Made by a program: the position numbers and the translations under genes. This document shows, piece by piece, positions 7,973 through 18,613 of a stretch of 61,316 nucleotides of DNA (positions are counted from its first letter, which is position 1; each line of letters opens with the position of its first letter). The notes below the pieces were generated by a model, which did no database searches, was not told where the DNA came from, and saw nothing but the letters and a program-made list of their open reading frames with translations. Source of the DNA: a virus (taxonomy: Duplodnaviria > Caudoviricetes); IMG/VR virus record IMGVR_UViG_3300050119_000050, positions 1 to 61,316 of that record. The stretch is one strand, 5' to 3'.

Positions 7973-9028
7973 TTAGCGGGAGAGCGACAACCCAAGCTCT
8001 GACGCGCGATTGCGAACTCCCGGGATAGTTCTTCGCGTTATGATCGCGATCTTCTTCGAAGACCAACCCCCTTTGCTACCCTGAAACAAGAGGGCATCGT
8101 CTTCAGGGGTCCAGTGTGTCCTCTTTGCTTTTGCAGTTCCTTCATCCGGGACTGCAACGAGACCAATAGGGATGACCGGCTTGAATACTTTCCGAAGCGC
8201 GTTCGAAAACTTCGCGCTGTCAGTCGGCGTGGACTTGAATGTCATCTGACCTCCAAGTTCTTCGGTCGTCGCCCTGAACAGCCGAGGCAGTTCAAGACGA
8301 CCACGACCGCGATTGGTGGCTTTAGTGTACTGAAAGTAGAACGACGCGAACATCGGAGGCATCGATCCCGGGGTCTCAGCAAGCATCGCCGAAATTATTT
8401 TTGTGAGGTATTCTCGGCTAGAGGTCTCACCCATAAGATGCATGATGCACGCAAGCTGAAACGGGGCGGATCGGAGTAGTCTGCGGCTCGTCGGTAAATC
8501 AGCGTCGAACCCAAGATCGCGCCAAGCCTTCTCCGCAAAGTCCGCGAAACGCGCGACTTCATCCTCGCCCATGGCAGCAAATTTGGGCGCTCCAGCGTGG
8601 TGTTTAAGCGCGTACCCGGCGATTGAGATCAGCTTGCTGTCCCTTCCGGTATTGAAGGATATAGAGCGCGGCTTCCCTTTATCTATCGGGAGATCGTGAA
8701 CTGACCGAAGATTATCGTCACGACAGATGACTACCCTGATGGACTTCCCGGCGCGAACACATCCGCCCAACCGATGAACACCATCCGCAAGAAATCTGTC
8801 TAGGTCTCTGTGTCTCAGGCTCTCGGAGCAGCCGGGCACTTTCACACCGAGTGCAATCCCTTGATGGGTTTCGCGCCACTCGTCGCGTTCGATGATGCCT
8901 CTGAATTTATCCATATGCTGGTCTTCGGCAGCGGCGGACATTCGATTGATGTTATCGCCACGACAGACATCCAAAAGCTCCTGCGCGAACGCAGGGGTGA
9001 TTTCTTCTACATACCAACTCTTAGACAT
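7973..9028 (-). CDS. ParB/DGQHR-like N-terminal domain plus C-terminal Myb/SANT-like HTH
   Basis: EITPAFAQELL, THQGIA, LADGVHRL; HWTPEDDALL...RRTIPGVRNRA; lower GC3 than its neighbours. Confidence 0.55.
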   Translation of the reverse strand: MSKSWYVEEITPAFAQELLDVCRGDNINRMSAAAEDQHMDKFRGIIERDEWRETHQGIALGVKVPGCSESLRHRDLDRFLADGVHRLGGCVRAGKSIRVVICRDDNLRSVHDLPIDKGKPRSISFNTGRDSKLISIAGYALKHHAGAPKFAAMGEDEVARFADFAEKAWRDLGFDADLPTSRRLLRSAPFQLACIMHLMGETSSREYLTKIISAMLAETPGSMPPMFASFYFQYTKATNRGRGRLELPRLFRATTEELGGQMTFKSTPTDSAKFSNALRKVFKPVIPIGLVAVPDEGTAKAKRTHWTPEDDALLFQGSKGGWSSKKIAIITRRTIPGVRNRASELGLSLSR

Positions 9029-9587
9029 GGGGGACACCTTTCGTTTGGGGGTTTTCGTGGTCTTACGCTAATCCCGGTTCTAAAGTCAAGTGTGACAGAT
9101 GTTCGGTATTGATCGGTGTTGTTATCTACAGACGTCTACAGATATCTCCAGTAGTGCTGAGAAAATCCCTCACAATGATGTGAATGAAAAACCGGCGAGG
9201 AGGCAGCAACCCTCCCCGCCGGTCCGACGCAACGCTCGCTTCCCGGGGGATTAGGAAGCGACCGTATTCTGTGCGGCCCAGACGCGGTCGAGAGCTTCAT
9301 AGAAGCGGCGCGTCGCAGCCTTCACCCAACGGCTCCCGCGAACGCGGGACCGCTGTAGCTCGCCTTGCGCGGCTAGAAGTTCGCGCCGTGCGTCCGTGAG
9401 GAGTGTGAGGGCGTCGACGAATGGGCTCGCCGAGAGGGCAGGGTGATAATTCACTTTGTGTCTCCGTTGTTGATCTCGCGAAGCTCGCGCTCCAATCCGA
9501 TGTAGTCTTCGCTCCGGGCGTTCTTCCAGCCGTCGCGCGAGAGGTCGCTGAGCGCCTTGACGATCTCGACCTTGCGTCGCCAGCATT

Positions 9588-9941
9588 TCAATGGCTTCCC
9601 CACGACGCGCCTCCATCGTGTGAGTGCACGCCCTGTGCGAGGGCCTGCTTGTTGACCGGACGTCCGGCCAGTTGTTCGGCCCGGGCGATGGCCATCTTCG
9701 TCAGCGAGTTGCCGTTCATCATCAACTGGCGATAGACGCACGCGTCCGACACGCCGTCGCGCTGGTCTTCGCTCAAACCCGTGAAGGCTATCGCGCCTGT
9801 CATGCGGTCGACTACTGGCTTGACCTTGCCAGCGGCGACGAGAGAATTGACGTCGGTCATTACTTGCTTCACGTCCGCCTTGCGCTCGGACAGCGTTTGC
9901 TTCCGGCCGTAGCGATTGCGAAGTCTGGTTTCACAAGCCAT
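9588..9941 (-). CDS. Hypothetical protein of the AAA-ATPase operon
   Basis: Preceded by the repeated leader TACAGCAACTAGGA. Confidence 0.7.
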   Translation of the reverse strand: MACETRLRNRYGRKQTLSERKADVKQVMTDVNSLVAAGKVKPVVDRMTGAIAFTGLSEDQRDGVSDACVYRQLMMNGNSLTKMAIARAEQLAGRPVNKQALAQGVHSHDGGASWGSH

Positions 9942-10021
9942 TTGGTGTCTCCTAGTTGCTGTAGGATGTCCCGGATTTAGCTGGCCCAGAGCGGCCCGTC
10001 AAGGCCGCTCTGGATTAGTGG

Positions 10022-10824
10022 TTAACCGAGCATGTCTTCCAGTTCAAGGTCCGGCGCGCGGGCGGCCTCGGGCTCGCGCTCGATCACCACTTCCGGATCG
10101 AGATCGAGCACCCGGCTCGACGTGTCCGCCACGTCCTGCACTTCGTTTGCGCCATCCAGATCAAGGAACAGCGTGCGAGCGGCGTGCAGTCTTTCGAGCA
10201 CGGTCTTGTCGACTTCGACAGCCGCGACGTCGGCCGCCTTGTTGAGCTTGGTGGCTACGCTGCGGGCAGCCTTGAGGGCGTCCTGCAAGTTGGCCTGCGC
10301 TTCGGGCGAGAGCATGTTACCCAGTTGCGTCGCACGCTTGGCGGCGTCCCGGATGCCTTCCACGCTGGCCTTGGTGACGCCTTCTTCCATGTCGGCGATC
10401 AGGCCACGGATTTCGCTGTTGATCGCACGGACCGCCGTCACGTCGTCGGCAGCGATGCGGCCGGTGATCGAAGCGAACTTGATCCGGGTCACGCTGGCGG
10501 TCGCGTTGAACGCGTCGCACAGTGCGACGGCCTCGGCGAAAGCCTCGTCGAGCTTCTCGCGGTCGTCTTCCGGGCAGAGATACCCGAAGGCGGTCGCCGA
10601 GCAAACCGATCCGACCAGCGAGCGCGCTTTGGCGCGGACTTCAATGGCACGGCCCATCTCGGCCGCGTCCTTGATGGTCTTCTCGGTCTCCCACTCTTCG
10701 AGCGTCGCACCGTTGTCGAGCGTGCGACCGTCTCGGTCTTCGAGTAGGTGACGTTGCCCTTGATGGAAGTCGACAGGCCGACGAGGAGGCCCGGGCGGAG
10801 GGTGGTGTAAAGGGGGTTCTTCAT
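10022..10824 (-). pseudogene. Helical protein of the AAA-ATPase operon, split by a 1-nt deletion near 10728
   Basis: 803 nt (3n+2); the MKNPLYTT...SKTET frame joins the RTLDNGATLEEWETE...LEDMLG frame. Confidence 0.7.
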
Positions 10825-10864
10825 TTGGCGTTCCTTAGTTGCTGTAAGGCGTTTCGATCTCTCT

Positions 10865-10893
10865 GGTATAGTCGGGTCTCCCGGAGAGTGCAA
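10865..10893 (-). promoter_or_regulatory. Promoter with CTCTCCGGGAG spacer motif
   Basis: TTGCAC-17-TATACC. Confidence 0.6.
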
Positions 10894-10923
10894 GCGACAC
10901 CCTCCGGGATAGTTAATTTTCCG

Positions 10924-12570
10924 TTACAGGTCGAACTCGACCCCGCCGACGATCCCGGTCAGTTCTTTCGGCGGCGTGCTGGCGGCCCGGGCGTTAGTCT
11001 GGCCCCACTTGCGCAGTTCCTTGATCAGGTCCGACTTGGACGTGCTCAACGGCACCACGTGGCTGGCGGCTTCAAGCAAGTCTTCCGTCGTGATCTCCCG
11101 GGCACCGTCTTCGAACCCAGAGTAAAGCGCGGTCGGCACCAGTTCGGCGATCTCCGCACCCGTGAAGCTCTCGGTAGCGTCGACCACTTTCGCGAAGTTG
11201 ATCTTGACGTCCTGCCGACCGTTCTGTTTCAGCGCGGCGTACAGCACGCCCTTGCGTTCGGCCGCATGCGGCAGATCGACAAAGAACACTTCATCAAAGC
11301 GGCCCTTGCGGAGAAGCTCCGGCGGCAGCGTCGACACGTCGTTAGCGGTGGCGATCACGAAAGCTTCGCCATCGCGTTCCTGCATCCATGACAGGATCGT
11401 GCCCAGTGCGTCCGCAGAGACACCGCCGTCCGACGAACCGCCGCCGGACGAACCCTGCATGGCCTTCTCGATTTCATCGATCCAGACCACACACCGGCCC
11501 ATGGCTTCGATCACCTTGAGCGCCTTGCGGAGGTTGCCTTCCGAACCGCCGACGAACTTGTCCTTCAGCGCGCCGAGGTCGAGCCGGAGGAGCGGGATGC
11601 CCCACGCGGTGGCCACAGCCTTAGCGGTCAGCGACTTGCCGCAGCCCGAGATACCGACCAGCACCGCGCCCTTGGGGGCAGGCAGGCCATACTCGCGAGC
11701 TTCCGGGCTGTAAGCCGACTTGCGAGCCACAAGCCATTTCTTCAAGTTCTCCAGCCCGCCGACAGCGTCCAAGCCGCCCTTGATAGGATCGTGCCATTCG
11801 AGCACGCGCTCACGGGCGATCACCCGCTTCTTTTCATTCGACACGATCACCGGGTCGATCTTCCGGGTTTGCACCAGCGACTTGGCATAGCACGACGCGG
11901 CCTCTTCAGCGGTCAAACCAACCGCCGCGTTGATGGCCTGATCCCGGACTTCACCCGGGCAGGCAGCCGCACGCATGGGCTTCGTCTTGTCCGGCTCGCC
12001 GGTCTTCGGATCGGTCTCGAACTCCGGCACCGAGTTGACGGCGCTGTCCAAAACCTTTTCGATCTCGCTGCGATCCGGGAGCGGAAATTCGATCACGGTA
12101 GCATGGCCTGCGATGTCGGACGGCACGTTGCCTTCCGGGGTCAGGACGATGACGGCCTGCGCCGCCTTGCGGACAACACCGGGCAGATACTTCGCGAGGT
12201 TGCGGAGTTGCCGCCGGGGCGACGTTCCCGGGAAGCCTTCAAGGAAGGCGGGCAGATCGCGGAAAATCCAAACCTGACGTTCGCCCTTCTCGCCCTTGTC
12301 CGCGTCGTCGCGAAGAGCTTTGAAGGCAGCGGCCGGGTCTTCACATCCACGATGCGCGCTCGACGGCTTGCCGTCGATGGTGGTGACACCCTGCGAGACA
12401 TCCCAGAACAAGGGCTTGTATCCGGCAGCGGCGGCGGCCTCGATCAGGAAGCCTTCGACGCGAGCCTCTTCACGGGTGGTCACCCAGATGAGGGGGTTAC
12501 GGGCGCGAAGCAATGCGGAGATGTCCTGCGCAGTCTTCTGACCCTTTGAGGTTGTTACGGTGGCGGTCAT
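10924..12570 (-). CDS. AAA+ ATPase, Ycf46-like
   Basis: Walker A GISGCGKS, Walker B WIDEIEK, SRH ATAN...LPPELLRKGRFDE; degenerate N-terminal AAA domain. Confidence 0.9.
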   Translation of the reverse strand: MTATVTTSKGQKTAQDISALLRARNPLIWVTTREEARVEGFLIEAAAAAGYKPLFWDVSQGVTTIDGKPSSAHRGCEDPAAAFKALRDDADKGEKGERQVWIFRDLPAFLEGFPGTSPRRQLRNLAKYLPGVVRKAAQAVIVLTPEGNVPSDIAGHATVIEFPLPDRSEIEKVLDSAVNSVPEFETDPKTGEPDKTKPMRAAACPGEVRDQAINAAVGLTAEEAASCYAKSLVQTRKIDPVIVSNEKKRVIARERVLEWHDPIKGGLDAVGGLENLKKWLVARKSAYSPEAREYGLPAPKGAVLVGISGCGKSLTAKAVATAWGIPLLRLDLGALKDKFVGGSEGNLRKALKVIEAMGRCVVWIDEIEKAMQGSSGGGSSDGGVSADALGTILSWMQERDGEAFVIATANDVSTLPPELLRKGRFDEVFFVDLPHAAERKGVLYAALKQNGRQDVKINFAKVVDATESFTGAEIAELVPTALYSGFEDGAREITTEDLLEAASHVVPLSTSKSDLIKELRKWGQTNARAASTPPKELTGIVGGVEFDL

Positions 12571-12618
12571 TTGCGTTTCCTAGTTGCTGTAGGGCGGGGC
12601 CTGTCCCCGACAAACGAA

Positions 12619-12647
12619 CATCTAGCGGGTCTCACGGAGGAGCGCAA
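12619..12647 (-). promoter_or_regulatory. Promoter with CTCCTCCGTGAG spacer motif; CtrA-like box upstream at 12665-12681
   Basis: TTGCGC-17-TAGATG; TTTA-N7-TTAACC. Confidence 0.6.
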
Positions 12648-12940
12648 CACCATAAAACAATCGTGGTTAACGACGGGTAAATACCTTGCTTTTGTGATCA
12701 ATCCGGGACATACTGTGCGCTGGAATGCATGCTAGACACAGTTCCTCGAAGTTTTGAGGGCGGATCAGTGTTCCATTTCATAGCGCAATTTTGCGCGATC
12801 TTTTCAAGTGTCAATACAGTGCCTTCGATGGCGATCACGGCTAGGTGGCTTGCGGGTGAACTCTCGCGCCATGAGGACACGGAGCCGTGCCCCTTCCGTC
12901 ACTTCCTCGAAACGCTTGAGAGCCCCGCCGACTAAAAACG

Positions 12941-12970
12941 AAAAAGCCCCGGATGATCCGGGGCTTTTTC
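12941..12970. terminator. Bidirectional intrinsic terminator
   Basis: AAAAAGCCCCGGA-TGA-TCCGGGGCTTTTT. Confidence 0.85.
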
Positions 12971-12974
12971 TTGG

Positions 12975-13208
12975 TCACTTGACGATGACGGTTTTCTCGG
13001 GCGGGTCCTGATGTCGCTTGCCCGGATGATCCTTGCGATCAGGATCGGGAGCGACGATCACCTTGTTCTTGTGATCGCGATGCTCGTCGCGATAGTGATC
13101 GCCGTGATCCGGGCCACCGACAGTGACGCCGACGCCCAGACCTTCGGCTTGCGCCGGAACAGTGATAAGGGCGAGAGCGGTCACGATAGCTGCGACAAAA
13201 AGCTTCAT
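12975..13208 (-). CDS. Small secreted protein
   Basis: Signal peptide MKLFVAAIVTALALITVPAQA; GGAGG RBS. Confidence 0.7.
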   Translation of the reverse strand: MKLFVAAIVTALALITVPAQAEGLGVGVTVGGPDHGDHYRDEHRDHKNKVIVAPDPDRKDHPGKRHQDPPEKTVIVK

Positions 13209-13281
13209 GCGAAGTACCTCCGTTGACGTTGCGCCGGATACAACAGCGACTAGGCTGGATCGTTCCCGGGTACGCCTCTCG

Positions 13282-13734
13282 TCAGTGGCGCGAGGCGACC
13301 TCCGCCTTCCTGTTCGCGGCCTTGGCCTCGTCTTCCAGCCGGGCGCGAAGCCCAGCCATCACGCGTCGACCGTCCTCCGCGCGTTCGGGCGGCGAGAAGC
13401 CGTGGCCCAGCGTCGACAGGTACTCTTCCGCGACCGGGTTCGATGTATCGTCGATCAGGCCCGCGCCACGCGCCAACTCGTAGCCGCGCAGAAGCTCGGC
13501 GACGATGGCCGGACTGATCTCGCACAGAAAGACCGCGCAGTCACGGTGCGGTTGCGTGTCGTTCTCGATCAGTAAATCGCGCTTGCCGTCCGACGTGACG
13601 AGCAGCGTATTGCTGTGATCGTACTCGAAGCGACTGATCGTCGGGCCGTCCGCTTTGTGGCGGTTGATGCGCCAAAAAGATTTGTTGATCCGCTCGGCTT
13701 TCGATTTGCCGATGGTCGTGTTGATGTTGCTCAT
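13282..13734 (-). CDS. Hypothetical protein
   Basis: 150-aa ORF with typical codon usage. Confidence 0.6.
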   Translation of the reverse strand: MSNINTTIGKSKAERINKSFWRINRHKADGPTISRFEYDHSNTLLVTSDGKRDLLIENDTQPHRDCAVFLCEISPAIVAELLRGYELARGAGLIDDTSNPVAEEYLSTLGHGFSPPERAEDGRRVMAGLRARLEDEAKAANRKAEVASRH

Positions 13735-13948
13735 GGCTTATACCACTTTCGCGGTTTGAGTATAACTTAGCCCGGCGCGCAGGATGCGCTGCCGGGCTTC
13801 GTATCTCGCCGGTCAGAAGTTGGCTATTGAGTAGCCCTGACCGGCGCGTCTATAACACCCTTGAACGGATGGAGCACAAAGGAACACCGAGGACCGCAGG
13901 ATGTCTTTCTAACCGAGCGACGAACCCGATGCGAAACGTCCTCGGGTC

Positions 13949-14671
13949 CTAGCTCTGATATTCCTTCCGTGCATGTTCGGCAGCCGTGATTGCGGCCTCC
14001 GGGATTTGATACGCGATGGGCTCGTCGTGCTTGTTGAGCACCTTGCGCCAGACGACGCCTTCGTCTGCGCCGACAGTCCGATACTCGCCGTGATAGGCCG
14101 GACGCTTGCCGCCCAGATACTCGACCGGCGTGGCAGGCACGGCACGCAAGCCATCCCACTGTTTGCCGATGAAGGTCAGCGAGCCGATGGGGGTGTCACC
14201 GCCGCCGAAGGCTTTGCGAGCGACGCCGTAGGTCGCCTCCGGGAGACCCTGTTCGGCAAGCCCTTCGTTGAGCTTGAACCAGAACTGAATGAACGGAGGC
14301 TCGCCGTCGATGGCCGAGTGGACACGTTCCTGATGCTCGGGCTCCGGCGTGGGCTTGCCAGAAGCCTTGGCCTGCTCCGTTGCCTGCGCAACGATGTCGA
14401 GCAGCAGTGCGGCGAAGAACAGATCGGCGGCCTTCGATGCCGGATCGAGTGCGGCGTGCGCCTTCGAGCCCGGCGCAGGGACGCCGATGTCGACGAGGAG
14501 TTGGGCAGTGACGTCCTGCGCAAGTCGGTCACGGCGACGCTTGTCGCGGAGGTTGGTCTCGAACGAACGATAGGCAGTCGGGTCGCCTTCGTGAGTGCTG
14601 GTGCCGAACTGTTCGTCAGTGCGGTGATGAGGATTTTCGTTGCTGGTCTTGATGTCTTCGATGCCACGCAT
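13949..14671 (-). CDS. Hypothetical protein
   Basis: GGAG RBS before MRGIEDIK; upstream TTGACG promoter and CtrA-like box at 14749-14763. Confidence 0.65.
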   Translation of the reverse strand: MRGIEDIKTSNENPHHRTDEQFGTSTHEGDPTAYRSFETNLRDKRRRDRLAQDVTAQLLVDIGVPAPGSKAHAALDPASKAADLFFAALLLDIVAQATEQAKASGKPTPEPEHQERVHSAIDGEPPFIQFWFKLNEGLAEQGLPEATYGVARKAFGGGDTPIGSLTFIGKQWDGLRAVPATPVEYLGGKRPAYHGEYRTVGADEGVVWRKVLNKHDEPIAYQIPEAAITAAEHARKEYQS

Positions 14672-14759
14672 CTGGTGTCTCCGTTTTGGGGTTGCGACTA
14701 TTCGCAGTCCCGATCTAGGCCCGATCTTCGAATGCGTCAAGCGGAGATTTTACGGATGG

Positions 14760-15904
14760 TTAATCGACCGTTTCCCAACGTCGCCTTTTTGGATCACGGT
14801 CGAAGCGCTCGACAATATCTCCCGGAGAGACAGCGACCGCGACCCAGTAGTCGAGCCCGACGAACAGCACGGCCTTCGCACAACGGATCGTTAGCGTCGT
14901 CGGCACATTGTTCGTGTCGAGCATGTTGACAACCGGCCGCCATGCGCCGTGCCAGAGCATCTGGTAGCGCGTGTCGGGGCCAGCGACATCGCACCCGCCT
15001 CCCCAAGGGATAATCTCTTCGTTCATTTCAGCACCGCGCGTCCGCCGACGTATTTGTAGTCACGCGCCGGGCGTCCGCTGTCCCGGGACGCACGATCAAT
15101 CGCGCGCCCGGCAGGACCCATGGCCTCGCGCTTCTGACCGGCGACCGTGAGACGCTCGCTGTTCTGATGCATGTGGCCGCGCTCACGGAGGATGGTGACC
15201 GCCTCGTCGTGAGCGTTCGGTGTGCCGTGCTTTGCGATCTGACGCGTCAGGCGCGTCACCAGTGGAAGATGTTTTGTCATCGCATGTCCATCTCAAGCCA
15301 TTGTCTCTGACGCGGGTGAATGTTCCCCAGATGATCGCGCTCAATGCGCTCGCGGATGATGCAGTCCTGATATCCGCCCCACGACACGACGTGATAGTCA
15401 GCCACGTCCGCCAGCTTGAGCAGCAACTCAATTATCGTCGTCGACTGAATTAACATTTTGTCGGCGACGATGTCGAGCTCCATGCTCATCGGATACTCGT
15501 TGAGGATGCTGCGCAGTTGTTTTATTTGCATCGGCATAGTCCTTCAGTTTGGCGCAGAGCTTGGGATCAAGCTCGCCGGTCTTGATGAAGTGATCGCAGT
15601 AGGCAGCGCGAAGCTTTTGGACGCCCAGCGGCGAGACGTCTTCCGTTTGACGGCCTCCCTTGCGCGCCCGAACCTTCCGCTCCGGTCGCATCCACGCGTA
15701 CATCCGTTGCAAGTCCTGCACGCTCACGCGAGGCGGCGCGATAGGATCAGGCCTCGCCGGTCGTGGATGCAGGCGACGCTTGGCATGGGGCGGCGTGCTC
15801 ACGGCGCGTTCAAGGTCCCAGCCCTGATCCATGCGGGTATAGGCCAGCCCCCACCCTACACCGGGCGACAGCATCTCGCGCGTCAATCCATATTTGTTAG
15901 ACAT
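14760..15904 (-). other. Four coupled small hypothetical ORFs (14760-15026, 15023-15280, 15277-15537, 15428-15904)
   Basis: Overlapping start/stop codons; the last has RMDQGWDLERAVSTP, a motif common in phage DNA-binding modules. Confidence 0.5.
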
Positions 15905-17462
15905 CGGTCCTCAACAATAAATCTCTAAGCCCTCGACCGCTCAGGTCATCTGCCACGGTGAGCTTACCATCGACCAGTCCCCAGTTCCTGTCATCCACCG
16001 TTCCCGGCGTTCGAAATCTGACCACGCTGACTGGATGTCCGGCCACAAGGGTGGCTCGCTCTTCCCCTTGGGTGACGTGAATAGCATTTGGTGTAGACGA
16101 GAAGAAAATGACTGCATCAGCGCCGCTGAAATCTCGGCCCTCTCCTCCGGCTCCGGGATGCCCAACGAGGACGTTATAGCTAGGGTCGTTGTTAAATGCA
16201 AGTCGGATGCCTTCACGCTGCTCGGTAGGTACGCCTCCGTGAAATTCGAGCACTCGGAAGCCTTCGGATTTGAGCCGAGCACAAACACGTCGGATGTCTT
16301 CCCGATAGCGGCACCAAACAATGGTTTTGCCGGGAAGGCCTCCTCCCACTTCGTCCATGAGCGCATCGTAGACAGGTGCGAGGGGATCGATGTCAATGAT
16401 ATCGTCGCCATCTTTGATATACCCATTCAAAATTTGCTGGAGCTTCTGCACGCGAGCGCCAGCGTCCTTGGCAGAGACCATGTCGTCACCGATCTCGACC
16501 AGATGCCGCGACACCATTTCCAGATACGCGCGCCGCTGTGTCTCGCTCATCTGGATGATGCGCTCGGTGCGGATCAGCGGCGGCATGTCTTCGATGTCTT
16601 CTCGAAGCACGACCGAGGACCACTGGGCCATACGCTCTTGCAGCCAGTCGAGATTTTTGTAGCCGGTCACCTTCTTGTAGCGGCGGCCGGTGTTGCGTCG
16701 ATACCTCGACGATGGATCGCCCGGCTCAAACTTAGGAGTGCTGTCTTCGACGACCGCGATCCTGCTATGAAACTTCCCGAACGTGTCGCCCGCGAACTCG
16801 GGACCGAACGCTTCGTCATTGAGGATTTTATAGATGGAGTACGCACGCAACGGCGAGTTCAAAATCGCGGTGCCCGTCTCGACCGTGATGAATTTTGCGA
16901 TGCGTCCCAGATTGCGCGCCATCTTCGTGCGCTTCGCACTGGCGCGGCCGAAGTGATGTGCCTCGGATATCGCCAACATAAATTTGCCGTGACACGTTGC
17001 TACGAATTTTCGGACCGCCTTGATGCACTCTTTCGTCGCGACGCCCTTGTCACTGCCGAACGCCTCCATGTTCACCGTCAACCACTTCAGGCCGCCCGTG
17101 TGCGCATACAGCGCGTCGAGCTTAGCGATCTGACCGAAGTCCCCACGACGCGGCGCTTCCCAGCCGAACGCCATGGCCTGCCCGTTCGTAGGCCATGACC
17201 ACTTCGGTATCTCGTTGATCACCCAGTTGAGATGGATGCCATTAGGGGCTAACACAACGACCCCTTCGATAGCACCCTTCGAGAACTGGTACTCGGCCTT
17301 GTCGATCACGGCCTTCGATTTGCCCGTGCGCATCGACCAGAGCAGCGCGCGGCACTTGGTGTCGCGGTGCTCGTCGAACTCTTTGGTTTGATGAGACCAC
17401 GGAGCCTTGACGGGCTCGGGCCCCAGCAGATCAAACCATTCATCGTCGGAAAGGATTGTCAC
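15897..17462 (-). CDS. SNF2-like superfamily 2 helicase
   Basis: PWSHQ, LLWSMRTGKS, ISEAH (DExH position), ETGT, VWCRY, GGEGRDF. Confidence 0.85.
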   Translation of the reverse strand: MTILSDDEWFDLLGPEPVKAPWSHQTKEFDEHRDTKCRALLWSMRTGKSKAVIDKAEYQFSKGAIEGVVVLAPNGIHLNWVINEIPKWSWPTNGQAMAFGWEAPRRGDFGQIAKLDALYAHTGGLKWLTVNMEAFGSDKGVATKECIKAVRKFVATCHGKFMLAISEAHHFGRASAKRTKMARNLGRIAKFITVETGTAILNSPLRAYSIYKILNDEAFGPEFAGDTFGKFHSRIAVVEDSTPKFEPGDPSSRYRRNTGRRYKKVTGYKNLDWLQERMAQWSSVVLREDIEDMPPLIRTERIIQMSETQRRAYLEMVSRHLVEIGDDMVSAKDAGARVQKLQQILNGYIKDGDDIIDIDPLAPVYDALMDEVGGGLPGKTIVWCRYREDIRRVCARLKSEGFRVLEFHGGVPTEQREGIRLAFNNDPSYNVLVGHPGAGGEGRDFSGADAVIFFSSTPNAIHVTQGEERATLVAGHPVSVVRFRTPGTVDDRNWGLVDGKLTVADDLSGRGLRDLLLRTDV

Positions 17463-17691
17463 GATCCGCCTTCGCTGTTTTCGAGCAGTCCCCGCAGAAG
17501 TGTTCGGAGGCCTTGGCCCCGGGCGAGTTGTTGGCGAGGTTGTTGATCGTCCATCCCTCCTCGCGGAGGACCCGCCAGCACGCGAAGAAGTCTCCGATGT
17601 CATCGCCCTCCGCCTTGTTGAACTCGTAGGTGTCGAAGCAGGCGTCGCACTGGAAAACCAGTATCCCCTTAGATGGCCGTTCGATGCTCAT
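17440..17691 (-). CDS. Small Zn-ribbon protein
   Basis: CDAC...CGDC. Confidence 0.6.
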   Translation of the reverse strand: MSIERPSKGILVFQCDACFDTYEFNKAEGDDIGDFFACWRVLREEGWTINNLANNSPGAKASEHFCGDCSKTAKADRDNPFRR

Positions 17692-18347
17692 GATGCGTTC
17701 TCTTCCTTCAGGATTGCTTCCCAGCGCTTGAGAAATTCTCGCTGGGTTCGTTCCGTCCCCCACGGGACAATCTTCTTGGGCATTGGCGGTGCCATGAAAC
17801 TACGTTCGGTGTTGGGCGGCATGAAGTCGCGGTTTTCGGTCGCGAGCAAGATCAGATCGGCTTCCTTGATCTCTGGGTCCCACGGATACTGCACGCCCAG
17901 ATGGCGGCACAGCGCGGCGTCCACGCGGTTCTCCAGCTTGAACAGTTCATCGTTGCCCTTGGAGCGCATCCACCACTTCAGCGGGCTCGGGAAGTCCGGC
18001 ATATAGGCTTCTGCGCCATCGTGCAAGAGGCCCTGCTTGCGCTTCGACGGCGTCGATGTCCCCATCTTCGCGATCACGTCGTGCACCAGACAGCAGTGCT
18101 GGCCTATGGAGATGAAACGCCCATTGACACGCTTGACGTGGCCGGTCCATCGGACCCGGGCCGCGAGTGCGAACGCGATATCGGTGATGGAGAAGTCGTG
18201 CTCGTCGACGTGGTCCCAGTAAAGCTTGCGCCCGCTGACCGTGCGAATGTAGTAGCCTTCCTTGTCCATCCCGGTGCGATGGTCAACAGTGCCTCCGAGG
18301 CCGATTGACGTGACCTTGGGAGCGCGCCAGACTTTCGATCCTGCCAT
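17688..18347 (-). CDS. HD-domain phosphohydrolase (YfbR-like 5'-deoxynucleotidase family)
   Basis: RWTGH, SIGQHC, GLLHDGAEAYMPDFPSPLK, ADLILLATE. Confidence 0.85.
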   Translation of the reverse strand: MAGSKVWRAPKVTSIGLGGTVDHRTGMDKEGYYIRTVSGRKLYWDHVDEHDFSITDIAFALAARVRWTGHVKRVNGRFISIGQHCCLVHDVIAKMGTSTPSKRKQGLLHDGAEAYMPDFPSPLKWWMRSKGNDELFKLENRVDAALCRHLGVQYPWDPEIKEADLILLATENRDFMPPNTERSFMAPPMPKKIVPWGTERTQREFLKRWEAILKEENAS

Positions 18348-18348
18348 A

Positions 18349-18603
18349 TTAAATCCCTTCGAGCTTGTCATACGCTCGCAAGATGCGAGACGCAAGGTCA
18401 TAGGCCCCCGGAGCATCGGTCACCAAGCTCGCCAACACGCCCTTCGCGTTGATGAAATTGATGCACATCTCATTGTCGTTGATGTTGATGTTGATGTTGT
18501 ACGTCGTAGCTTCGGTGTCGTCGAGCAGTTCGATCACTCGCTCGTCGCCGCCAGCGAGCATCGCGTTGACGACCGTATCGTTTTCGTCCGTTTTTCTTGT
18601 CAT
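18349..18603 (-). CDS. Hypothetical protein
   Basis: Coupled between the polymerase and HD genes. Confidence 0.55.
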   Translation of the reverse strand: MTRKTDENDTVVNAMLAGGDERVIELLDDTEATTYNINININDNEMCINFINAKGVLASLVTDAPGAYDLASRILRAYDKLEGI

Positions 18604-18613
18604 TGTAGGTCCC

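Noticed and set aside
6665-18347. 2-aminoadenine (Z) genome pathway
   Set aside because: HD and diphosphohydrolase genes are present but no PurZ is seen in the window, so the claim is unsupported.
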